Shown one piece after another: positions 1 to 6,543 of a stretch of DNA of 12,831 nucleotides. The translations under genes were made by a program, and so were the position numbers. Within the stretch, counting starts at the first letter, position 1; every line of letters starts with the position of its first letter. The DNA comes from Oligoflexus sp. Its GTDB lineage: Bacteria > Bdellovibrionota_B > Oligoflexia > Oligoflexales > Oligoflexaceae. Under the pieces are notes generated by a model that had not been told where the DNA came from, searched no databases, and was given only the letters and a program-made list of their open reading frames with translations. The stretch lies in NCBI GenBank assembly GCA_041736305.1, contig JBGSTX010000335.1, positions 1-12,831 on the forward strand, read 5' to 3'.

Positions 1-224
1 GGTTCTGCAGCGCACTGTTCAGCGGTTAGTTCAGCTAGGCTGAGGTCTTCCGGCCAGATATCTGAACTGATGCAAACACCACTTTTTTCGGGAGCTCGAG
101 CGACTGTGACTTCGAGCCACTGATCGAGAGTGGCAGCCAAGCAGCGCCCACCTGATAATACAGCGTACTCGCCAGCTAACATGACTTTAGCAGGAACTCG
201 CGCTGTCACAGGCACGTGCTTCAA
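1..224 (-). CDS. GHMP-family kinase, probably phosphomevalonate kinase (N-terminal 74 codons; runs off the window edge)
   Basis: Not in the ORF track. Manual translation from TTG at 224 gives MKHVPVTARVPAKVMLAGEYAVLSGGRCLAATLDQWLEVTV..., open to position 1. PAKVMLAGEYAV matches the GHMP N-terminal motif P-G/A-K-x-x-L-x-G-E-[HY]-A-V. EYAV is more typical of bacterial phosphomevalonate kinase and EHAV of mevalonate kinase. TTGA overlap with the HMG-CoA reductase stop and an AGGGAG SD just upstream. Confidence 0.85.
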   Translation of the reverse strand, partial: MKHVPVTARVPAKVMLAGEYAVLSGGRCLAATLDQWLEVTVARAPEKSGVCISSDIWPEDLSLAELTAEQCAAE

Positions 225-1468
225 TGCTGATGCTCTCCCTTTTTCGCTGCTAAAGCGATATTGCCTTGATGGAGACTCATGTGTCCCCGCTGGATGCCTT
301 CAGAGGCTAGGGCGCGCAGCGCTGAAAGATTCTGAGCGAGTCCAACCGCAACGATAATTTCGGCGAGCCCCTGAGCTGCCGGTTGACCCAGCAAACGAAG
401 CGCCGCCTGGGCTGCAGGATGCAGCGTTGTTACCCCACCGACTGTGCCGACCGCGATCGGCAGTTCGATCTCTCCTTCGAGATCTCCCGTCTCATTCTTC
501 CACCAGCGGGTCATCGGTTGGTAAATTCCGGTTCGGCAAGCATAGGCATGAGCACCAGCTTCAACGGCTCGCCAATCATTGCCGGTAGCGATCACAACGG
601 GATCGATGCCGTTCATCACACCCTTATTGTGCGTCGTCGCTCGGTAGACATCGTGGGCCGCAAAAAGATAGGCTGCCTCGATCCGATCGACAACTTCAGG
701 ACCGCTAAATTCGCGATTGCTCAGACTCTCTTTAGGGACGCGGCAGTGAGCGCGGGCTAGGCGTTTGTCGCAGAGATTGGTGAGGATGCGCAGACCCATT
801 TCGCAGGGAATCAGCTCCTGGATACGCTTCGCAAGCTTTTCGCACATCGTGTTGATCATGTTCGCACCCATCGCATCCCGGGTGTCGACATCGAGATAAA
901 GTACGAGGGAACGGATGGGTTCGATATAGCGCCAGCTGAGATTGTTAGCGCCACCGCCGCGATTCAGGAGTCGATCCTGACCTTCGTTGGCAAAGGCGAT
1001 GAGACGGGAACGTTCCGCGTTGAGTACGCTTTCAAAGTCGAAGCCGAGTCTTGGATAAAGCTGGATTTGACCGGTTCCCACTGGTGCGGTACTGCTGGTC
1101 TGAAATCCGCCGCCGGCTCTCGCAAGCTTGGCTCCGTGACTGGCTGCAGCCAGTACACTGGTTTCTTCTACCGCCATCGGTATGAGAAGATCCTGGCCAT
1201 TGATTTGAAAGTTGGTCGCAATGCCGAGCGGCAAGGCAAAGGTCCCGACGCCGTTTTCAATGAATACGTTGACCAGCTCAGCACTCAAGCTGCTGAAGTC
1301 GCCGAACTCGGGTGCTTCTGCTTCGGCCTGTTCGTTCAAACTGAGGCCGCGGATAATTTCGCGACGCTGGCCGATAGGCAGCTCATAAAAACCAGGGAGA
1401 CGAGACGAAAGGCGCCCGCGCTGGGCCTGTATCCGATTTTGGAAATGGAAACTTGTCTCACGCGTCAT
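221..1468 (-). CDS. mvaA: Hydroxymethylglutaryl-CoA reductase, class II
   Basis: 415 aa with motifs IENGVG, PMAVEETSV, DAMGANM, RATTHNKG, GNDWRAVEAG, GTVGG and EGIQRGHM (catalytic His). Flanked by other mevalonate-pathway genes. Confidence 0.97.
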   Translation of the reverse strand: MTRETSFHFQNRIQAQRGRLSSRLPGFYELPIGQRREIIRGLSLNEQAEAEAPEFGDFSSLSAELVNVFIENGVGTFALPLGIATNFQINGQDLLIPMAVEETSVLAAASHGAKLARAGGGFQTSSTAPVGTGQIQLYPRLGFDFESVLNAERSRLIAFANEGQDRLLNRGGGANNLSWRYIEPIRSLVLYLDVDTRDAMGANMINTMCEKLAKRIQELIPCEMGLRILTNLCDKRLARAHCRVPKESLSNREFSGPEVVDRIEAAYLFAAHDVYRATTHNKGVMNGIDPVVIATGNDWRAVEAGAHAYACRTGIYQPMTRWWKNETGDLEGEIELPIAVGTVGGVTTLHPAAQAALRLLGQPAAQGLAEIIVAVGLAQNLSALRALASEGIQRGHMSLHQGNIALAAKKGEHQH

Positions 1469-1517
1469 GTTCTTACCAATAGCTTCGGGTGTTTGCTTTT
1501 AAACCGACAGCGTTGAC

Positions 1518-1558
1518 AGAATGCACGAAAGCCGGGGTCAGTTCAAGTTTTCTTGAAC
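1518..1558 (-). promoter_or_regulatory. Possible internal sigma70-like promoter for mvaA overlapped by a perfect 7-bp inverted repeat
   Basis: Minus strand reads TTGAAC (1546-1541), 17 bp, CATTCT (1523-1518). The inverted repeat GTTCAAG-N4-CTTGAAC at 1541-1558 covers the -35 element. Confidence 0.4.
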
Positions 1559-1651
1559 CAGGTGCCTACTTAAAGTGACAGCGACGAATGGTCTCGTGTC
1601 ATAGGCTACATCGTCTATAAGACTCGGCGAAAAAGCTTAGTTCACGATATG

Positions 1652-2986
1652 TTAAAAAGTCCGTGGGGACGCAGCAAAAAACTCTCTTTCGAGCGGCCGA
1701 CCAAAGAGCAGTCTCTCTGGAAGATCTTGTAAGGTCCTGGCACCACTCGCGAGCATCGCAATCTCCAGAGCGCGTTTAAATCCTGCTAGCACTTCGAGAG
1801 GAGCTTCTTCGCTCTGCAAGGCCGCCCGCAGCAAGGGCAGACCTATGCCTGCGCACTGAGCGCCGAGGGCCACAGCTTTGGCAACTGTCACACCATTGCG
1901 GATCCCGCCCGTAGCTATGAGCGGTACATGCGGCAGACTACGGCGGACGGCGGCGAGACTGTATGCGGTTGGAATTCCCCAGTTGCGAAACGCTTGCCCC
2001 AGTTCCTGGACGAGCGGTGAACGGCTTCTCAGACCTTCGATATGAGCCCAGGAAGTACCGCCGCTGCCGCCGACATCGATGGCTGAAACGCCTAGTTCTA
2101 CAAGGCGACGCGCGCTGCCGGGACTGATTCCAGCACCCACTTCTTTAATCATGACAGGCACGCGCAGATGTCGGCAGATCCGCTCAAGCTGCTGCATAAA
2201 GCCTGTAAAATGGCGGTCACCTTCAACCTGGACGCTCTCTTGAACGAGATTGAGATGAATGGCCAAAGCATCGGCCTCTATCATGTCGACAGCGCGCTGA
2301 CAGCGATCCAGCGCTTCGGCATTGGTAAGTTGAGCCATCCCGATGTTGCCGATCAGAAAAAGTTGCGGCGCGAAATTCTTGACCTTGAAAATAGCGGCAT
2401 ATTCCGGATTATCAAGTGCAATACGCTGCGAGCCGACCCCCATGGGAATACCGTAGCGCGATGCAGCCAAGGCCAGACGACGATTGATTTCACTGCCCTC
2501 ATGAATGCCACCTGTCATGCCGGTTATCAGCAGCGGCAAATCAAAAGTACGTCCAAATATAGATGTTTTGGTGTCAAGTTGACTTGATTCAATCAGAGGT
2601 AGAGCTTCGGGCATGAGACTGATCTGATCGAAGCCAGTGAAGCGATCACTGGCTTCAACATCGCTGTCACGACAGATCCCGATATGCTGGCCTTTGCGCA
2701 GTTGGCCAAGTAGGCGCTCAAGCTCTTCGCGCGGAGCGGCTGCAGAGAGTAAGAGGAGCCAGGAAATAGAGTCGGAATGACGCTGCCACTGACCTTCGAA
2801 GTGGAAGGTCTGACGTTCATCGAGGCGTACAGCCACGGATTGGGGAAGAGGCTTTTCGAAGGTGGAATCGCCGAATTGCAGGAGTACGCTCTCCTTGCCG
2901 AGGCCTACTACCCAGCCGCTAAGACCCGACTGGGAGATCCATGGCAGGGGGCGATCGAGTTTGATAAGATCCATCGTTCCGGTCAA
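1652..2986 (-). CDS. fni: Type 2 (FMN-dependent) isopentenyl-diphosphate delta-isomerase with an extra N-terminal domain
   Basis: IDI-2 motifs RKGQHI, ITGMTGG, GVGSQR, IGNIG, HLNLVQESVQVEGD, KEVG, GSGGTSW, WGIPT and TGGIR. Start moved from 3082 to TTG 2986 because AAGGAGGT (2998-2991) lies just upstream and the longer ORF would overlap the divergent gene at 3061. ATG 2974 is an alternative start. Confidence 0.95.
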   Translation of the reverse strand: MTGTMDLIKLDRPLPWISQSGLSGWVVGLGKESVLLQFGDSTFEKPLPQSVAVRLDERQTFHFEGQWQRHSDSISWLLLLSAAAPREELERLLGQLRKGQHIGICRDSDVEASDRFTGFDQISLMPEALPLIESSQLDTKTSIFGRTFDLPLLITGMTGGIHEGSEINRRLALAASRYGIPMGVGSQRIALDNPEYAAIFKVKNFAPQLFLIGNIGMAQLTNAEALDRCQRAVDMIEADALAIHLNLVQESVQVEGDRHFTGFMQQLERICRHLRVPVMIKEVGAGISPGSARRLVELGVSAIDVGGSGGTSWAHIEGLRSRSPLVQELGQAFRNWGIPTAYSLAAVRRSLPHVPLIATGGIRNGVTVAKAVALGAQCAGIGLPLLRAALQSEEAPLEVLAGFKRALEIAMLASGARTLQDLPERLLFGRPLEREFFAASPRTF

Positions 2987-3060
2987 GCAGACCTCCTTCT
3001 CTGATCCCGGAGGATGTACCACAGAAGTGGCTCGCAAAGCGAGCTGATAGGAGATCCACG

Positions 3061-3384
3061 ATGCTACGCATAATCTTTGCAAGCTTCTGCTGCATACTGG
3101 CTTCCAACGCCTGGTCAGCGACGAGCACGAATAAGACGGAAATCGTCGAAGAAGCGGATAAGACGGAAGTCAAAATCTTCTGCTCGAAGAGCTCCGAACG
3201 GGAAGCCTTGGCCCTCTGTGAGAAGTGGCTAGGGCAGCAGGAAAAAAGGTTAGGACAGCGTCTCTTGACCAGCTATTGCAGCAGTGGGGAGCTCTCGTCC
3301 AATCCAAGTTGTCTCTATAAGAGCAGCGGCGAGTTAAAGTACGTACTTCGCAAGTATCGCACGGAAACGGAGAGGGTTTTTTGA
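3061..3384 (+). CDS. Small exported hypothetical protein (signal peptide, 4 Cys in the mature part)
   Basis: AGGAG SD before the ATG. MLRIIFASFCCILASNAWS/A looks like a Sec signal peptide with an A-W-S cleavage site. Its stop overlaps the next start (TGATG). Confidence 0.8.
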   Translation: MLRIIFASFCCILASNAWSATSTNKTEIVEEADKTEVKIFCSKSSEREALALCEKWLGQQEKRLGQRLLTSYCSSGELSSNPSCLYKSSGELKYVLRKYRTETERVF

Positions 3385-4244
3385 TGCAAGCCTCAGTTCT
3401 CATCGCGGGTGCTGGATACGTGGGTGGAGCTCTGGCTAAGGAGCTGCTCGACGCGGGCTCCGAGGTGCATGTTTTACGGCGTAGGGCTGAGCATCCTCCG
3501 GGTAGCAAGCTGTTTCAGGCTGATCTCTTGAAACCCGAGACTTTGCAAGGACTGCCGCGTTGCACGCATCTTGTATACGCGGCGGCAGCGGATGGTGGGA
3601 GTGAAGAAGCTTATCGGGGCATCTACCGAGATGGGCTCATGCATCTGCTTACGGCGCTGAAAAAGCAGGGGCAGAATCCTCGGATCATCTACACATCGAG
3701 TACTTCGGTCTATGCGGAACGAGAGGGAGCTTGGGTCAGTGAAGAGGGAGCGGCGCTGACGAAGGACGGGTCCAGTCGCTTCATGGTCGAGGGCGAAAGA
3801 CTCCTTATCGAAGGAGGCTGGTCAGGCGGCATTGTGCGCTTCGGTGGTATCTACGGGCCGGGTAGAACTTACTTTGTGCGCCGGGTAAAAGAAGGGCAGG
3901 AAGTGATCCTGGAGGGATCTCAGCAGTTTACTAATCGAATTCACCGCGATGATTGTGTAGGCATCATTAAACATCTGCTTTCACCGGTGCAGACTAGGGA
4001 AGGGATGCAAATATTCAATGGAGTCGATTCTGAAAGTGCAGATCGGAATGAGGTGATAATGTGGCTAGCTGAGCAACTTGGATTGAATCCTCATGACATT
4101 CCACGAACTGAAGATACTGCTCGGGTGCAGCATCGCGGTAATAAGCGCGTGAGCAACGCGAAGATACTGGCCCATGCTTATAGCTTCCGTTATCCGAGTT
4201 ATCGGGAAGGCTATGCGACTCTGCTCGGGGAGTTCGGTGCTTGA
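3384..4244 (+). CDS. NAD(P)-dependent epimerase/dehydratase family protein, atypical SDR (YeeZ-like)
   Basis: Rossmann motif IAGAGYVG, plus YTSSTSVY, RFGGIYGPGR, NRIHRDD, KRVSNAK and YPSYREG, all typical of this subgroup. ATG 3384 (TGATG coupling) preferred over TTG 3381. Confidence 0.92.
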   Translation: MQASVLIAGAGYVGGALAKELLDAGSEVHVLRRRAEHPPGSKLFQADLLKPETLQGLPRCTHLVYAAAADGGSEEAYRGIYRDGLMHLLTALKKQGQNPRIIYTSSTSVYAEREGAWVSEEGAALTKDGSSRFMVEGERLLIEGGWSGGIVRFGGIYGPGRTYFVRRVKEGQEVILEGSQQFTNRIHRDDCVGIIKHLLSPVQTREGMQIFNGVDSESADRNEVIMWLAEQLGLNPHDIPRTEDTARVQHRGNKRVSNAKILAHAYSFRYPSYREGYATLLGEFGA

Positions 4245-4258
4245 TCTTAGAGACGGCT

Positions 4259-4771
4259 TTAGCTCTTAAGATTACAAGCCATACGATCAGGAGGAGGCGA
4301 CGAGCAAGCACTTCCTTCACTCTCACTAGTACTATCAAAGGGACAAAGTTTCCCTATCTTACTGATCTCTCCATAGTCCGACTTAAAGCGGATAATGCGG
4401 CAGCAGCTCTTGTTTTCTGCCACCAATCCATCGTTTTGATAAACCTCAATTTCAGCATTGTACCAGGCATTCGGCGTTATCCCGATAGCGGTATCCACCG
4501 TGTAATCAGCATAGGATTTCGCGCTGATCGACTTGCCACAGACATCCAGCAGGCGCAATGTCAATTTGACTTTGTTGAAGGATTTTGGCTTGGGGTCTAG
4601 CTTGCTGATCCTAAGGTTGCTTTGCATCGAGACCTTGTTCGGATCGTCGCTAGTATTCGGCTTAGAAACACTCGGCGCCAAAATTTCCACCTCTTCGCGA
4701 GGCGTCCGACAAGACAGTGCCAAGCTCATAATAAAGCTGCCTAGTAGCAGGATGCGGAGGTCGCCCAACAT
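4259..4771 (-). CDS. Hypothetical lipoprotein, Cys-rich
   Basis: Hydrophobic N-terminus ending in the lipobox-like LALS/C, then a Pro/Ser linker and six further Cys. GAAGGGA SD. Lies 12 bp downstream of the co-oriented lipoprotein gene. Confidence 0.72.
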   Translation of the reverse strand: MLGDLRILLLGSFIMSLALSCRTPREEVEILAPSVSKPNTSDDPNKVSMQSNLRISKLDPKPKSFNKVKLTLRLLDVCGKSISAKSYADYTVDTAIGITPNAWYNAEIEVYQNDGLVAENKSCCRIIRFKSDYGEISKIGKLCPFDSTSESEGSACSSPPPDRMACNLKS

Positions 4772-4783
4772 CGACTGTTCCCT

Positions 4784-5308
4784 TCAGGGATAAGTGCACT
4801 TTTGGTTGGCAATTTTCATTAGCTCTTCAGCCGTCTCATTTTTTATAGCATTCTCATCCGTTGGACGACGATACTTCGCCATAGAATAAGACTCGAAGAC
4901 CAGTATCTCTTGGCCCTCATTGTAAGCAAAGATTTGAATCGAGGGAACCGTGGCCCTGAAATGATAGGCCTCGACGATAGGGGCTTTCGCGACCTCGCCA
5001 ATCCACTTTTTCACTTGATCAGCTTGAGCGACGTCCGCGCTCGTCACCACGCACTCATAGTGCTGAGCCTTCGGATCTTCCTTGGACAATGCTCCCACGA
5101 CTTTCTTCAGTAGTAGTTCGCTACTGGTGGCTACTGCAGACGCGTCTGCGGTTTTTCCCTGCTCCACGGGGCTACCCTCCGAATCGGCCAAGGCTTGATT
5201 TTGAGTGGGCGCTGCTCCCTGGTCCGCGGGACCCGGTGAAGGCGTCTTTCGTACCGTTTTACAGCAGCTGAGAGCAAGAGCAGCGATGAAAAGGACTTGG
5301 GTTCTCAT
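4784..5308 (-). CDS. Hypothetical lipoprotein
   Basis: MRTQVLFIAALALS/CC lipobox, an Ala/Pro/Gln-rich tether, then a ~110-aa domain with two Cys. GAGG SD upstream. Confidence 0.82.
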   Translation of the reverse strand: MRTQVLFIAALALSCCKTVRKTPSPGPADQGAAPTQNQALADSEGSPVEQGKTADASAVATSSELLLKKVVGALSKEDPKAQHYECVVTSADVAQADQVKKWIGEVAKAPIVEAYHFRATVPSIQIFAYNEGQEILVFESYSMAKYRRPTDENAIKNETAEELMKIANQKCTYP

Positions 5309-5424
5309 AAAATCCTCGATGCAATACCTGACGCAAACCGAATTTTAATATTCTAACAGAGAAAGATGTCACTGGCTGGCAAAAAGGGGGAAAGCTAGTT
5401 TGGGGGCCAGGAAGAGGAGGATTT

Positions 5425-5811
5425 ATGCAAATTTGGCTCCAATGGGGATTTCTTGCTTTTTGGCTAGGCCTGGAGTTGAAGGCCTGGGCAACCTGGGAAA
5501 ACCTCAGCCTCCACCTCAGACAGATCTGGGAAGAGGACTATCAGCAATTAGCCTGTGGACAGCTCGCAGCCCTGGAGAAAAATCTCGAAACAGGACGGGA
5601 CTTTCTAGTCCGCCGTCACCCACGCGCCGCCTATGAAATGCATTTAAAAGAGCTTGAAGAAGAGGCCCTTGCGGGCTGGCAGGAAGCCCTCTCGTCCACC
5701 TGTTTGGAAAGGCCCTCGAAGGGCTTCGAGCTCTACCGGCAAGTTAATCCTGAACTGGCTGCGGACTATCCCAACTGGTGGGTGCATTGGCGCGTTCCCG
5801 CACATGAATAA
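5425..5811 (+). CDS. Membrane-anchored hypothetical protein, possible divergent Tad pseudopilin
   Basis: Strong GAGGAGG SD. N-terminal hydrophobic segment followed by LGLELKAW, and two Cys. First gene of an overlapping run that ends in a secretin. The ORF is well supported, but the function is inferred from context. Confidence 0.6.
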   Translation: MQIWLQWGFLAFWLGLELKAWATWENLSLHLRQIWEEDYQQLACGQLAALEKNLETGRDFLVRRHPRAAYEMHLKELEEEALAGWQEALSSTCLERPSKGFELYRQVNPELAADYPNWWVHWRVPAHE

Positions 5812-6139
5812 GTTGCACGCACGCGCTCCAGAAGAAGGGCACATTGCAGCGTGCCTCTTGCTCGTATTCACTCTCAGCTTGGAGCTGACCCATTATCTAG
5901 TCTCCCGCAGCGTTCTTAAGCAGTGGGAAGCTAGCTACCAGAGTCTGAATCAAAAAAGCCAAGACCTAGACCAGGAACTCCCGGGAAACTTCGAAGCCTG
6001 GGGTCAAGAATGGCCCGAGCTGCCCCCTCGCATCGACTTCGGGGCTTTTACAAAACGTGAGGGAGAAGCTGAAGCACTATGTTTTTATCTCAGATCCGCG
6101 CCGCCCGAAAATGGTGGCAGAACTTATCTTTGCAATTGA
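5804..6139 (+). CDS. Putative TadE/TadG-like pseudopilin
   Basis: Start moved from 5654 to ATG 5804 (ATGAATAA overlap with the previous stop). MNKLHARAPEEG/HIAACLLLVFTLSLEL has a short hydrophilic leader ending in Gly followed by a hydrophobic helix, as in prepilin-peptidase substrates. Glu+5 is absent. Confidence 0.55.
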   Translation: MNKLHARAPEEGHIAACLLLVFTLSLELTHYLVSRSVLKQWEASYQSLNQKSQDLDQELPGNFEAWGQEWPELPPRIDFGAFTKREGEAEALCFYLRSAPPENGGRTYLCN

Positions 6140-6543
6140 GCTGGAAGCAACTGCCACCGCTGACGAGCCACAGCATTGCATTTCTCGCAGGCACCCTCCT
6201 CTTGCGGCCACAGCCCAACGTCGACTCAGCCTTTCCACAGAAAGGCACCAAACTGCTCGTTCCCGCCGAGCGTATCTTAGCGCGGAGTAAATTGAAGTTC
6301 GACCTCTTTAAAAGCCCTCTTTTCACCCTCGTTAGAAGTGAAGGCCAAGGGGGCTGCCGCCTGAGTCCGGAGGACTATAAGATTTGGGCTTCTCCTGGGG
6401 TAAAGCCCCAGTATTTTTTGCAGATACCTCATGAGAAGGCCGCTATCGGGGTTCTACGCGTCCTCCTCGAAGATAAGCAGTTAATCTTGAAGCCCTCTTC
6501 AAGCAAACTTCAGCCCTGTACCGCTGAGGTGTTCTATGACTAG
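6079..6543 (+). CDS. Hypothetical membrane-anchored protein, possible degenerate CpaB/RcpC
   Basis: Hydrophobic stretch SIAFLAGTLLL, then SAFPQKGTKLLVP, loosely resembling the 'iP-x-G-x-r-a-v' start of RcpC domains. Sits immediately before the secretin, the usual cpaB position. Alternative start at TTG 6136 (TTGA overlap). Confidence 0.5.
   Translation: MFLSQIRAARKWWQNLSLQLSWKQLPPLTSHSIAFLAGTLLLRPQPNVDSAFPQKGTKLLVPAERILARSKLKFDLFKSPLFTLVRSEGQGGCRLSPEDYKIWASPGVKPQYFLQIPHEKAAIGVLRVLLEDKQLILKPSSSKLQPCTAEVFYD

Noticed and set aside
2987-3082. Longer N-terminus of fni given in the ORF track
   Set aside because: It overlaps the divergent gene and its SD, and a strong AAGGAGGT sits right before TTG 2986.
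5398-5424. In-frame RGG/F just before ATG 5425, resembling a type IV prepilin cleavage site
   Set aside because: There is no in-frame upstream start codon, the codons are simply the GAGGAGG SD, and there is no Glu+5.
5654-5803. Longer N-terminus of the second Tad-like gene
   Set aside because: It lies wholly inside the upstream gene. ATG 5804 gives a coupled start and a prepilin-like leader.
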